Shown one piece after another: positions 36,378-45,931 of a stretch of DNA of 64,000 bases (position 1 is the stretch's first letter; every line of letters begins with the position of its first letter). Source of the stretch: Burkholderiales bacterium (GTDB lineage: Bacteria; Pseudomonadota; Gammaproteobacteria; Burkholderiales; WYBJ01); contig JADLAC010000043.1 of assembly GCA_020848435.1 (NCBI GenBank), positions 670 through 64,669 of the forward strand, written 5' to 3'. Below the pieces are notes generated by a model. The model saw nothing but the letters and a program-made list of their open reading frames with translations. It had not been told where the DNA came from and did no database searches. Position numbers and translations under genes: made by a program.

Positions 36378-38093
36378 TCAAGCGCCGGGCGCGATCCCGG
36401 GATCGGCGCCGACACCGGAAAGCGCCGGCCGGTTCAGCGCCGGCGGGCGAATGGTCTTGCTGTTGCGCAGATACGTGCTCACGACCTCCCACACCGGCTC
36501 GCCGGATGCGCCCTCGGCCACCGGCGCCCAGCTCACGATCTTGTAGCGCTTGCCGGCCTCGATCGGTTGGCCCTTCAGCGTCATGTTGCCGATGCGCTTG
36601 CCCATCGCGGCCGTCGGATCGCAGGCGTAGCGCATGCCGCCGATGCGCACCATGTCGCCGCCTTGCTGGTAATAGGGATCGGGGTTGAACAGGTTGTCGC
36701 AGATATCTTCGAGCAGCGCCTTGATGCTCTCCCCGCTCAGCTCGTTCACGGTGACGTAAGGATAGGTGATCGCGGTCGCGTTCATGACGTCTTCGGTCGT
36801 GATCGGCGTCCCGGGGAGCACGCTCGTGCCCCAACGAAAGCCGGGCGAGAACGCGATCTCGGCGCCCTTCACCGCGAGCAGCGCATCGAGAATGACCTGG
36901 TCCAGCGTGCCATTGAAATTCCCGCGCCGGTAGAGCAAGCCCTCGCTCACGGCGAGCTTTTCGCCGAGCTTCGCCGCGTACGGTGCGCGGTACTTGCGAA
37001 TGAGCGCCTCCATGTCGGCATCGGCGGGGAGCGCATTGGCGAATACCGGCAGCAGGCGGTAGTCGTAGCCGCTCACCCCGGCGCGCGTGACCTCCAGGTC
37101 CAGCACGGCGAGAAACTTGCCGTTCGAGCCCGCGTTGGTGACCAAGGTCGTGCCGCTCGCGTTCTTCACGACAACCGGCCGGGGCACCGCGTCGTGCGTG
37201 TGACCGCCGAGAATGGCGTCGATGCCGGTCACGCGCGATGCGAGCTTCAAATCGACATCCATGCCGTTGTGCGAGAGCAGGATCACGGCCCAGGCGCCTT
37301 TGGCGCGCGCCTCCGCGACCGTCTTCTGCAGCCGCTCTTCCTGGATGCCAAAGGTCCACTCGGCGACGAAGTGGCGCGGATTCGCGATCGGCGTATACGG
37401 AAACGCCTGGCCGATGATGGCGACCGGCACGCCGTTGAGCTCGCGCAGCGAGTACGCCTTGAAGACGGGATCGTCGAAATCCGCGCTGCGCACGTTCTGC
37501 GCCAGGAATTCGATGCTGCCGAGATCCTCGGCGAGCGCCTGCTTCACGCGCGCCGCGCCATAGGTGAATTCCCAATGCGCCGTCATCATGTCCACGCCGA
37601 GCGCGCGGCAAGCGGCACGCATGTCGGCGCCCTGGGTCCACAGCGCGGTCGCGGAGCCTTGCCAAGTGTCACCGCCATCGAGCAGCAGAGCGCCGGGACG
37701 CTGCGCGCGCACTTGCTTCACCAGCGTGGCGAAGTGCGCGAAGCCACCGACCTTGCCGTACCTACGCGCCGCTTCGACGAAATCGAGGTGGCTGTAGGCG
37801 TGCGCGAGCGCCGTGCCTGGCGAGATGCCGAAATGGCGCAGCAACGCCTCGCCGACGAGGTGCGGCGGTTTGCCGCGCGCCTCCTTGACCCCGATGTTGA
37901 CGTCCGGCTCGCGAAAATAGACCGGCAGGAGCTGCGCGTGGCAGTCGGTGAAATGCAGTAGCGTGACCTGGCCGCGCCGCTTCGGCAGGACGTAGAGCGC
38001 TTGCGGCTCGCTTGCCGCGCGCGTCGCCAGCGGCAATCCGGCCGCGAGCGCGGCCGCCAGGACCTCGAGAAACTCGCGCCGCGTCATCGACAT
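36378..38093 (-). CDS. soxB: Thiosulfohydrolase SoxB
   Basis: Tat signal MSMTRREFLEVLAAA, then VTLLHFTDCHAQLLP...DGGDTWQGS...LLSHNGMDVD...GGHTHD. These are the dimanganese metallophosphoesterase motifs of SoxB, and the protein is 571 aa. Confidence 0.95.
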   Translation of the reverse strand: MSMTRREFLEVLAAALAAGLPLATRAASEPQALYVLPKRRGQVTLLHFTDCHAQLLPVYFREPDVNIGVKEARGKPPHLVGEALLRHFGISPGTALAHAYSHLDFVEAARRYGKVGGFAHFATLVKQVRAQRPGALLLDGGDTWQGSATALWTQGADMRAACRALGVDMMTAHWEFTYGAARVKQALAEDLGSIEFLAQNVRSADFDDPVFKAYSLRELNGVPVAIIGQAFPYTPIANPRHFVAEWTFGIQEERLQKTVAEARAKGAWAVILLSHNGMDVDLKLASRVTGIDAILGGHTHDAVPRPVVVKNASGTTLVTNAGSNGKFLAVLDLEVTRAGVSGYDYRLLPVFANALPADADMEALIRKYRAPYAAKLGEKLAVSEGLLYRRGNFNGTLDQVILDALLAVKGAEIAFSPGFRWGTSVLPGTPITTEDVMNATAITYPYVTVNELSGESIKALLEDICDNLFNPDPYYQQGGDMVRIGGMRYACDPTAAMGKRIGNMTLKGQPIEAGKRYKIVSWAPVAEGASGEPVWEVVSTYLRNSKTIRPPALNRPALSGVGADPGIAPGA

Positions 38094-38142
38094 GCTGGCT
38101 AGCGAATGGTGTCCGCCGCGCTGAGTTTGGCCTCGCCGCGAG

Positions 38143-38778
38143 CTAGCGGTTGAGCGGCGATTGCGGGTCGATCAGGTACGCGACCAGGTGCGTGATCTGA
38201 TCGCTCGTGAGATGCTTGTTCGCGCCGAGGCGCGGCATGTTCGAGCACGGGAAGTACAGCCAACTGTTGTAGACCTTTTCGTAGACGTACTTCGCCGTCT
38301 CCGGCGAATTGCCGCGCTTGGTGCCGAATCCGGTCAGCGCGGGGCCCACGTTGCCAACGTTGATCTCGCCGCGTGCGAGGGCATGACAGTTCTGGCACAG
38401 GCCGCCATTCTCCTTGCGCTTTTCCAGCACCCCGCGAGCGATGCGATCGCCCGCCCCGTCGTGCGCCAGCGCTTCGCCGATCTTCCAGTTGCCGACCAGC
38501 TTGCCCGAGGCAGGATACTGGATCGAGGTGCGAGCGAGCTCGATGACCTCGGCGGCCTCTTCCTGCGTCAGGGCGGCATCCTCCACCTTGCTACAGAGGC
38601 GTTGCGCGCGATCCTGCTCAAGGCGCTTGAGCAGCTGCGGCGATGGGGCGGTAAAGCTCGCGCTGACGATCTTCTCGGCGCTCGCCCGGGTCTCGGCGGC
38701 ATCCGGAAAGGTCGCGCAACCGAGCGCCAGCGCGGCAGGCACGCTAGCGGCAATGCATTTCCACCATCCAGCTCGCAT
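38143..38778 (-). CDS. soxX: Monoheme cytochrome c SoxX
   Basis: There is a single CQNCH heme motif followed by ...NVGPALTGFGTKRGNSPETAKYVYEKVYNSWLYFPCSNMPRLG. It sits between soxA and soxB. Confidence 0.85.
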   Translation of the reverse strand: MRAGWWKCIAASVPAALALGCATFPDAAETRASAEKIVSASFTAPSPQLLKRLEQDRAQRLCSKVEDAALTQEEAAEVIELARTSIQYPASGKLVGNWKIGEALAHDGAGDRIARGVLEKRKENGGLCQNCHALARGEINVGNVGPALTGFGTKRGNSPETAKYVYEKVYNSWLYFPCSNMPRLGANKHLTSDQITHLVAYLIDPQSPLNR

Positions 38779-38787
38779 GTTTGCTCC

Positions 38788-39597
38788 TCAGCGCTTGAAC
38801 CCGGGCACCTCGATGACGGCGCCGTGGCCTTGCCGGTGCAGATAGGTCGTGAGCGCGATCGACACATCCGAAAGATAAGTCAGCTCCGGCAGGCGCATCT
38901 GCCAGAAACAATCGTACAGCCGCCACTGCATCGTGCGCACCACGCCGTGCGAGCCGCGATAGGCTGGCCAGCTCGACACCACCCCCTGAATCCCGGCCGG
39001 CTCGGTCATGTTGATCAGATCCTGCAGACGGATGCGTTTGCCCGATTCGCCATGGCAGGTGACGCAGGCGAAATCGGTCTGCCCCGAGCGGCGGTGGAAC
39101 AGATACTCGCCCATCTTGTACATCTCGCGCTCCTTCGCATGCGCGAGCGGCGGATCCATCTTCATGCCGTTCGAGCGCGAGGTGACGTACAAGGCGAGCG
39201 ATTCGATATCCGAGCCGTCGCTCAAGGGCGCGCTGATCGCGCTCTTGGCCAGGGCCGCTTGATCGAAGCCCTGCAAGCGCACCATGCAAGTGACCAGGCG
39301 CGATTCGAGGTCCTGCACCCGATCGGTATCGGCGAAATAGCGCGGCAGCCGGGCCGCGGCGCCCGCCAGCTTGCCGGGGCCGAGCCCGAAGTCGCACTGC
39401 TCGAGGCTCGCCTGTTTCGGGCCGCGCTTCTCGTGGTAGAGGCGTTTGCCGCGATCGAGCCACAGCTCGCCCGGGTTGTCCTCCACCAGCATCTTGCGGC
39501 CGATTTCGAGTCCCTCGCCCGGGCTTTGCGCGCTGCTCGCGGCCGAACACAGGCACGCGAACGCGAGCGCCGCCACGCGAATGGGTCGTGTGGGCAT
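38788..39597 (-). CDS. soxA: Cytochrome c SoxA (single-heme type)
   Basis: There is one CVTCH motif. The conserved distal Cys lies in WRLYDCFWQMRLP. The N-terminal heme site is absent (EQCDFG). The protein is 269 aa with a signal peptide. Confidence 0.9.
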   Translation of the reverse strand: MPTRPIRVAALAFACLCSAASSAQSPGEGLEIGRKMLVEDNPGELWLDRGKRLYHEKRGPKQASLEQCDFGLGPGKLAGAAARLPRYFADTDRVQDLESRLVTCMVRLQGFDQAALAKSAISAPLSDGSDIESLALYVTSRSNGMKMDPPLAHAKEREMYKMGEYLFHRRSGQTDFACVTCHGESGKRIRLQDLINMTEPAGIQGVVSSWPAYRGSHGVVRTMQWRLYDCFWQMRLPELTYLSDVSIALTTYLHRQGHGAVIEVPGFKR

Positions 39598-39628
39598 GCT
39601 CCTCCTCCTATGCTTGGACTGTGTACGA

Positions 39629-39949
39629 TCAGGAGGGCGGCGCGACCGTTGCCTCGTCGGAACGCTTGTCGCCCTTGTTGTCGGTCCAGGTCACCATGAT
39701 TTTGTCGCCGGCCTTCGCGCCCTTGATGCGCAGCCCGAGAAACGGATCGCGCGACACCGCCTGACTCCATTGCGCGTCGAATACCGTCTTGCCGTTGTGG
39801 CTCACCACCACGTTCTGAATGAAATGCAACGGAATGACCTGCCCCTTCGCGTCCTTGCGTTGCCCGGTTTCCATCGGATGGCGCATGAGGATGCGCACAT
39901 CGGCCACGTCGCCCTGCAGCGTGGCTCTGATTCTCATCGGCTCAGCCAT
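39629..39949 (-). CDS. soxZ: Sulfur carrier complex subunit SoxZ
   Basis: MAEPMRIRATLQGDVADVRILMRHPMETGQRKD...HFIQNVVVSHNGKTVFDAQWSQAVSRDPFL is typical SoxZ. Confidence 0.9.
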   Translation of the reverse strand: MAEPMRIRATLQGDVADVRILMRHPMETGQRKDAKGQVIPLHFIQNVVVSHNGKTVFDAQWSQAVSRDPFLGLRIKGAKAGDKIMVTWTDNKGDKRSDEATVAPPS

Positions 39950-39985
39950 TACGGCATTCTCCCTGGTCGCGTCGCAGCGAGCGTA

Positions 39986-40450
39986 TCAACCGCATCCGCC
40001 GACGGTGACCTTCACTTCCTTCACCGCGGTGTAGAACTTGCCGTCGGCCTTGACGATCGCGCGCACATTCGAGGTCTGGCCCATCTTCAGGCGCACCGAG
40101 GCGTAGCCCTCGGCGCCGCTGCCGAAATCGAACGTCGCCGCCAGCGGGAACGGATTCTTTTCCGCGATGATGGAAATGCTCTGGGTATTGGGCAGCTTGC
40201 TCGTCACCGCGATCGGCACGACCGCACCGTTTTCCGCGATGTCCGGAGCCGTGATGATGATGTCCTTCGACTCGAGCGCATCGGTCGCGCCCAGGTGCTT
40301 GACCGCTTCGGCCGCCGCCTTGGAGTCGAACCCGGCCGCGTTGCGCGCGGCCCCGGCCGGCATGACCGCGATCAGCCCGAGCGCAGCGGCCGCTCCCCAT
40401 GCCGCGGTGCCCGCGCTTGCTTCGAGAAAACGCCTGCGTGAACGCTTCAT
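39986..40450 (-). CDS. soxY: Sulfur carrier protein SoxY
   Basis: It has the Tat signal MKRSRRRFLE. The invariant C-terminal swinging arm ends ...VKVTVGGCG. Confidence 0.95.
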   Translation of the reverse strand: MKRSRRRFLEASAGTAAWGAAAALGLIAVMPAGAARNAAGFDSKAAAEAVKHLGATDALESKDIIITAPDIAENGAVVPIAVTSKLPNTQSISIIAEKNPFPLAATFDFGSGAEGYASVRLKMGQTSNVRAIVKADGKFYTAVKEVKVTVGGCG

Positions 40451-40530
40451 GAACCCTCCTCGCTAAACGGTTGCGTCCGGCGTGCATTCGCGCCTGCTGC
40501 CGGCAATCGCACCGGCGCGCCTCGCCGCGC

Positions 40531-40557
40531 GAAAACATAATATATGAAAAGGCGAAT
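40531..40557. promoter_or_regulatory. The only AT-rich patch (gaaaacataatatatgaaaaggcgaat) in the 107-bp divergent soxY / plus-strand-array intergenic region; candidate promoter or operator
   Basis: Read directly. It contains CATA-N3-TATG dyad symmetry and a TATAAT-like stretch in an otherwise very GC-rich spacer. Confidence 0.3.
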
Positions 40558-41661
40558 ATGATTACAATGGCCGGGTTTCGGCTTGCAGCTAGACTTGGCG
40601 CCATGCACGTCGACGTGTTCCTCGAATTCGCCTCGCCGCCGGCGGCAGGCCATCGCCTGGACGAGGTTTTCGGCAACGGTCTCGCGGCTGCCCGCGCCGC
40701 CGACCGGGCGGGCTTCGGGGCCGTCTGGCTCGCCGAGCACCATTTCCTCGGCGACTATTCGAACGCGGCCGCACCCGAGATGCTGGCCGCGGCGATGGCG
40801 CGCGAGACCCGGCGGATCGGCCTGGGCTTTGCCGTGATCCCGCTGCCGCTGCACGACCCCGTGCGCGTCGCCGAGCGGCTCGCGACGCTCGATCTGCTCT
40901 CGAACGGACGCGCGTTATGGGGCGTGGGCCGTGGCGTCACAGCGGCCGAGCTGCACGCTTTTGGCGTCGAGCCCGCGCACAGCCGCGGCGAGTTCCTGCG
41001 TCGCTACGCGGAGCTGGCCGCGGTGCTGCGCAGCGGCGACGTCGTGCGCGGGGGTCGCGCGCTGAAGCTTCGCCCCGCCCCCGCGGCGCGGCTCGCGCAG
41101 GGCTGGATGGCCGCGGTGAGCCCCGAGAGCTACACCCTTGCCGCCGAGCTCGGCCTCGACGTGATGGCCGGTCCATTCAAACCCTGGCGCTGGGTGCGTG
41201 CCGATTTGGCGCGTTATCGCCTGCTGCGCCCGCAAGGGCGAACCTCGTTCACGCTCGCTTGTTATTGCGAGCGCGACCATGCCGCGGCGCGCAGGCGCGC
41301 CGGCCCAGGCATCGTCTGGGCGTTCCGCCATATCGTCGAGGTCGCGCGCCCGTTCCTGAGCACCCGCACCGGAGGTTACGAGTATTACCGCCGTCTGGGC
41401 GTCGCTTCCATGCTGATGGAGCAGCGGCTGAGCCTGCCCCTGCTGGAGCTGCTCGGACTGGCCGCGGTCGGCGATCCGGCGCACGTCGCGGCGAAGCTCG
41501 CCCGGCTCGCCGCGTCCGGCTTGGACCGGGTACAGCTCGTCATTGGCGGCGGCGACCTGGCTGCCGCGCAGCTCGAAGCCTGTATCGACCTCCTCGCCGA
41601 GCGCGTGCTGCCCGCGCTTGCCGCGGCGGGGCCTTCAGCCGCAGTCGAGGAGGCCGCTTGA
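40558..41661 (+). CDS. Luciferase-like (LLM-class) flavin-dependent oxidoreductase
   Basis: ...MHVDVFLEFASPPAAGHRLDEVFGNGLAAARAADRAGFGAVWLAEHHFLGDYSNAAAPEMLAAAMARETRRIGLGFAVIPLPLHDPVRVAERLATLDLLSNGRALWGVGRG is the canonical LLM TIM-barrel N-terminal pattern. The start is ATG 40558 (after AAAAGG) or ATG 40603. Confidence 0.8.
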   Translation: MITMAGFRLAARLGAMHVDVFLEFASPPAAGHRLDEVFGNGLAAARAADRAGFGAVWLAEHHFLGDYSNAAAPEMLAAAMARETRRIGLGFAVIPLPLHDPVRVAERLATLDLLSNGRALWGVGRGVTAAELHAFGVEPAHSRGEFLRRYAELAAVLRSGDVVRGGRALKLRPAPAARLAQGWMAAVSPESYTLAAELGLDVMAGPFKPWRWVRADLARYRLLRPQGRTSFTLACYCERDHAAARRRAGPGIVWAFRHIVEVARPFLSTRTGGYEYYRRLGVASMLMEQRLSLPLLELLGLAAVGDPAHVAAKLARLAASGLDRVQLVIGGGDLAAAQLEACIDLLAERVLPALAAAGPSAAVEEAA

Positions 41662-42518
41662 GCACGACGCTCGCCAGGATCCATCGGCGCGCGGCGCGTT
41701 ATCGCGATCCGCTCGCCCTGCTGGATTTTTCCGTGGCCGACCCCAAGCTGCCCTGGATTCCGTACGAGCTTCTGAGCCTCGCTGCCTTGCCCGAGTATGC
41801 GGCGATGTCGCAGGCCGAGCGCGTGCGGCTGAGCCGGGTCGATTTCGCCCGCCTGTGCGCAACCGGCGTGTGGCTCGAGGGCCTGCTCATGAGTCGCGCG
41901 ACCGCGCGCGGCTTCGTCGGCGCACCGATCGACGAGGCGTGCGTCATGCTGCAGGAAGTGCGGGAGGAAGCCGGACACAGCTTGATGTTCTTGCGCATGA
42001 TCGAGCGCGCCGGCATGTCCGCTGTGCCGCTGCTCGGACCGACGCGGCTTCTGACGGCGTTCGCGCGCCGGCTCGCGCCGGATCAAGCCGAGTTCTGGGC
42101 CATGGTCTATCTCGGCGAATCGGTCACCAACACTTTCGCCGCCAAGGTGCTGCGGGCAGCGGCCGCGGGCGCGGCACTGTGTCCACTGGCGCGCCAAGTG
42201 ATGGCATTGCACCATCATGACGAAGCGCATCATCTCGCCGCGGCACGCGCGCTGTTGGAAGCCCGCATTGCCGGCCTGGGGGCCCTGCGCCGGCACGCGT
42301 TTGCCGGGCTCGTGCGCGCGCTGCTGCGCCGTTTTCTCGAGGCCACGCTCTATCCCACGCCGGCGAGCTTACGCTCGCTCGGCGTCGATGACGCGGACGC
42401 CCTGGCGCGGCGGGTGCGGCAATCGCGCGAGCGCCGCGCGCTCGCCGAGGCTTGTGCCGCGCCCGCGCTCGCCTTTTTGACCCGCACCGGGCTGCTCGGC
42501 GCGACGGAGGCAGCATGA
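41658..42518 (+). CDS. AurF-like diiron oxygenase family protein (286 aa)
   Basis: A TTG start follows GAGGAGG and overlaps the LLM stop as TTGA. There are two E-x-x-H ligand motifs (VREEAGHSLMF and HHHDEAHHLAAA) in a helical protein, plus the family-typical N-terminus YRDPLALLDFS...PWIPYELLSL. This is the last 286 codons of tracked ORF 40917..42518. Confidence 0.7.
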   Translation: MSTTLARIHRRAARYRDPLALLDFSVADPKLPWIPYELLSLAALPEYAAMSQAERVRLSRVDFARLCATGVWLEGLLMSRATARGFVGAPIDEACVMLQEVREEAGHSLMFLRMIERAGMSAVPLLGPTRLLTAFARRLAPDQAEFWAMVYLGESVTNTFAAKVLRAAAAGAALCPLARQVMALHHHDEAHHLAAARALLEARIAGLGALRRHAFAGLVRALLRRFLEATLYPTPASLRSLGVDDADALARRVRQSRERRALAEACAAPALAFLTRTGLLGATEAA

Positions 42519-43576
42519 CCGAACGCAACCACGCCGGGCACGATTGGCGTGCCGCCAGCGCGCGAATCGAGCCCTTCGAGGATGCGCCATTCGATGCGGC
42601 GCTCATCGCCGAGTGCGAGCGCGAGGCGGCGGCCATAAGGCAGCGTCCGCTCAAGGTCTCCACGCCGACGTTCAAGACCTTCGACAGCGCCGACATCAAG
42701 GGCTGCTCGAAGATGAGCTTCCCCGCCTTCTCGATCACCGGCGGCGGCTGTGCGCTCATGTGCGACCACTGCCAGGCGAAGATACTCGAGCCCATGATCC
42801 CGGCGACCAGCCCGGAGATGCTCGAGCGCAAGGTGCGCGACCTCGTCCGGCTGCAGGACCTGCGCGGCTTTCTCCTCTCGGGCGGATCGAATCGCCGCAA
42901 CGAAGTGCGTTACGAGCGCTTCCTCCCGGCGATCGAGCGGCTGAAGCGGGAGTTCCCTTATCTGCGGATCGCGGTTCACAGCGCGCTGCTCGATTCGGCG
43001 CGCGCCAAGCAGCTCGAAAGCGCCGGCATCGATACGGCGATGATGGACGTGATCGGGGCCGAGGCGACCATCCGCGAGGTCTATCACCTGGAGCGCTCGG
43101 TCGAGGATTTCGAAGACACCCTCGCGGCCTTGTGCGCGACCCGCATGCAGATCGTCCCGCACATCGTCATCGGACTGCACTACGGCCGCCTGCTAGGCGA
43201 GGAGAACGCACTCGCGATAGTCGCCCGGCAGCGCGTGCACGCGCTGGTGCTGGTCGTCGTCATGCCGTTCTATGCCAAGGCCGGGACGTTCGCGACCCCC
43301 GAGCCGGCCGCGGCCGGGCGCATTTTCCTGGCCGCGCGCCGCATGCTGCCCGCGCAGGACGTGCTGCTCGGCTGCGCCCGTCCCGCGGGGATGGACAAGC
43401 GTCTGACCGATGCCTATGCGGTCATGGCCGGTCTCGACGGCATCGCCTTCCCTGCCGAAGGCGCGGTTGCGCTCGCGCGCGCGATCGGGCGGCCGATCCA
43501 CCAGGAGCACGCCTGCTGCGCGGTCAAGCTCGGCGCGCGCGCGCGCTCGGCCTTCGGCGGGGCCTGCGCGGCATGA
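42515..43576 (+). CDS. Radical SAM protein, LipS-type (sHdr-associated lipoyl synthase component; LipS1 by synteny)
   Basis: The ATG follows GGAGG and overlaps the diiron-oxygenase stop as ATGA. The CX3CX2C cluster motif is GGGCALMCDHCQAK. Confidence 0.8.
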   Translation: MTERNHAGHDWRAASARIEPFEDAPFDAALIAECEREAAAIRQRPLKVSTPTFKTFDSADIKGCSKMSFPAFSITGGGCALMCDHCQAKILEPMIPATSPEMLERKVRDLVRLQDLRGFLLSGGSNRRNEVRYERFLPAIERLKREFPYLRIAVHSALLDSARAKQLESAGIDTAMMDVIGAEATIREVYHLERSVEDFEDTLAALCATRMQIVPHIVIGLHYGRLLGEENALAIVARQRVHALVLVVVMPFYAKAGTFATPEPAAAGRIFLAARRMLPAQDVLLGCARPAGMDKRLTDAYAVMAGLDGIAFPAEGAVALARAIGRPIHQEHACCAVKLGARARSAFGGACAA

Positions 43577-44640
43577 CGCCCGCGATCGACGTGCTCGTGG
43601 TGGGGCTCGGGCCGGCGGGCAGCCGCGCTGCCTGGGCAGCCGCGCGCGCGGGCTTGAGCGTGCTGGCCATCGAGCGCAAGCCGCGCATCGGCGAACCGGT
43701 GCAGTGCGCCGAACTGGTCCCCATGGCCCTCGAGCAGGAGCTGCCCCAGCTCGGCCGCGCCACGGTACAAAGCATCGAGGCCATGCACACCTATATCGAG
43801 GACGGCGCCTGCGACGTCGCGCCGCATTTTCCCGGCGCCATGCTCGATCGAAGGCGCTTCGATGCCGCGCTCGCGGATGCGGCACGCACGGCGGGCGCGG
43901 ATTGCCGTTGCGGAATCGCTTTTCAGTCACTGGAGCAAGGCGGTGCCGTGCGCTTGAACGATGGCAGCCGCATCCATGCCGGCGTGATCATCGGCGCCGA
44001 CGGCCCGCGCTCGCGCATCGGGCGCTTGGCCGGTCGCAGCAATCGCGAGCTGTTGGAAGCGCGGCAAGTCAGCGTGCCGCTCACGCACCGGCACGCGGCC
44101 ACCGATATCTTCCTGTCATGCAATATTCCGGGCGGCTACGGCTGGTTGTTTCCGAAAGGCGATGTCGCCCACGTCGGCGCCGGCGTGGCGCCGGCGGCGC
44201 GGGCGCAGTTGCGGAAAATCGTCGAGCGGCTGCACGCCAAGCTGGCCGCGCAAGGCCGCGTGGGCACATCGGTCCTGGAGCGCACCGGCGGCGCCATCCC
44301 GGCGAGCGGAATGCTCGATCCGATCGCGCGCCTGGGGGAGACACCCGTGCTGCTCGCGGGCGATGCAGCCGGCCTCACCAACCCGGTGACCGGCGCGGGC
44401 ATCGCCGCGGCGGTGTACTCCGGCGCGCTCGCAGGCGAGGCGGCCGCCGCATGGCTAGCAGGCAAGCGTAACGCCTTGCACGACTACCGCGACGAGCTGC
44501 AATGCATCTTCGGCGCCGCGCTCGAACGCGCTCTGTCGCGCCGGCGCGCGCTCGCGCAAGCGCAGCGCAACGGCGAGGTTCTCTCGCGCGCGGCGCAGCG
44601 CCGCGGCTGGATCGCCTATCCCGAGTACTGGACGGCCTGA
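43573..44640 (+). CDS. lipT: Geranylgeranyl-reductase-family FAD-dependent oxidoreductase (LipT-like)
   Basis: MTPAIDVLVVGLGPAGSRAAWAAARAGLSVLAIERKPRIGEPVQCAE...IIGADGPRSRIG...LLAGDAAGLTNPVTGAGI. The ATG overlaps the upstream stop as ATGA. The symbol is assigned by synteny only. Confidence 0.75.
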   Translation: MTPAIDVLVVGLGPAGSRAAWAAARAGLSVLAIERKPRIGEPVQCAELVPMALEQELPQLGRATVQSIEAMHTYIEDGACDVAPHFPGAMLDRRRFDAALADAARTAGADCRCGIAFQSLEQGGAVRLNDGSRIHAGVIIGADGPRSRIGRLAGRSNRELLEARQVSVPLTHRHAATDIFLSCNIPGGYGWLFPKGDVAHVGAGVAPAARAQLRKIVERLHAKLAAQGRVGTSVLERTGGAIPASGMLDPIARLGETPVLLAGDAAGLTNPVTGAGIAAAVYSGALAGEAAAAWLAGKRNALHDYRDELQCIFGAALERALSRRRALAQAQRNGEVLSRAAQRRGWIAYPEYWTA

Positions 44641-44664
44641 TCGATAACGACGAGGAGAAGCGCC

Positions 44665-45924
44665 GTGGCGTGCGTCACCCCGGACAATGCCCTGCCCCGA
44701 GCGAACGCGGCGGGCACGCTCGACTTCAACCCCTACGGCGCGATGCAGCCGCGCGCCTCGCCGCCGGTCCCGCAGGCACTGCGCAACGGGGCGCGCGTGA
44801 AGTCGCACAACGTCGCGCCCGCCGGGGCCTACATCCCGGACATCAATATCCTCACGCCCCACATGCGCTCGCCGCAATACGTGCAGATGTCGCGCGCGGC
44901 CGCTATCACGCTCGGGGTCATGCCCGGCAAGATGCATCGCTGCGAGTGTACGCGCTGCCTCAACCTGCTGCTCACGTACCCGGAGGGATGCCGCGCGAAC
45001 TGCGCCTACTGCGGGCTCGCCCGCCATCGCGAAGCCGAGCGCGATTATGCCGATCGCAATTTCATCCGCGTCGACTGGCCGGCCTTGCCGCTCGAGCAGG
45101 TGACCGCCATGGTCGCCGGCGCGGCCAGTGGCACGCCGTTCCACCGCATGTGCATCAGCATGATCACCCACCCGCGCTCGGACGCCGACACCGTCGCGGT
45201 GCTCCGCAGCTGGACGCGCCGCGTCGATCCGCGCTCGCTCCCGGTATCGATCCTGTCGAATCCGACCACGATGAGCCGCGCCGACGTGCAGCGTTTGAAG
45301 GACCTGGGCGCCGACATCTTCACCGTCGCGCTCGACGCCTGCACTCCGGAGCTGTTCGAGCGCACCCGCGGGCGCGGCGTCCAGTCGCCACATTCGTGGC
45401 GCAAGTACTGGGAGATTCTGCACGACGCGCGCGATATCTTCGGCCGCGAGAAGTTCGGCATGCACCTCATCATCGGCATGGGCGAGAGCGAATTCGAGGC
45501 GCTCTCGGTGGTGCAGCGGCTGGTCGATCTCGGCGGCCACAGCCACATGTTCTGCTTTTTTCCTGAGCAGGGTTCGCTCATGGATCACCTGCCGGCCACG
45601 CCGCGCGACCAATGGCGCCGGGTGCAGCTCGCGCGCTACCTGATCGACTACCGCGGCGTGCGCCTCGAGCACATGCGCTTCGACGAGCTCGGCCGCGTGA
45701 GCGATTTCGGCCTGCCGCGCTCGGAGCTCGACGCCATCGTCGATGCCGGCATCGCCTTTCGCACCTCAGGTTGTCCCGGCAAGTTTCGCGACGACGTCTC
45801 GGCCTGCGACCGGCCGTACGGAGACTCGCCGCCGTCGAACATCGCCAGCTACCCGTTCCAGCCGCTCGGCCGCGACATCGTGCGCATCCGGCGCGATCTC
45901 GCCATGCGCAAGCGCGCGCGTTGA
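44665..45924 (+). CDS. Radical SAM protein, LipS-type (LipS2 by synteny), biotin-synthase-like
   Basis: The GTG start follows GAGGAG. The CX3CX2C motif is YPEGCRANCAYCGLAR. The protein is 419 aa. Confidence 0.8.
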   Translation: MACVTPDNALPRANAAGTLDFNPYGAMQPRASPPVPQALRNGARVKSHNVAPAGAYIPDINILTPHMRSPQYVQMSRAAAITLGVMPGKMHRCECTRCLNLLLTYPEGCRANCAYCGLARHREAERDYADRNFIRVDWPALPLEQVTAMVAGAASGTPFHRMCISMITHPRSDADTVAVLRSWTRRVDPRSLPVSILSNPTTMSRADVQRLKDLGADIFTVALDACTPELFERTRGRGVQSPHSWRKYWEILHDARDIFGREKFGMHLIIGMGESEFEALSVVQRLVDLGGHSHMFCFFPEQGSLMDHLPATPRDQWRRVQLARYLIDYRGVRLEHMRFDELGRVSDFGLPRSELDAIVDAGIAFRTSGCPGKFRDDVSACDRPYGDSPPSNIASYPFQPLGRDIVRIRRDLAMRKRAR

Positions 45925-45931
45925 GCTCGCC

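Noticed and set aside
33900-39699. Long ORFs 33900..35957 (+), 34063..35955 (-), 36219..37961 (+), 36352..37665 (-) and 38161..39699 (+)
   Set aside because: They overlap the Bug, YeeE, SoxB, SoxX and SoxA genes on the wrong strand or in the wrong frame. Their translations have no recognisable domains and show the typical GC-shadow composition.
40917-41657. N-terminal 247 codons of tracked ORF 40917..42518, which would make a 533-aa protein
   Set aside because: This part is the +1 frame of the LLM gene (Arg/Pro/Ala-rich). Diiron-oxygenase similarity begins only at the TTG at 41658, which has its own GAGGAGG.
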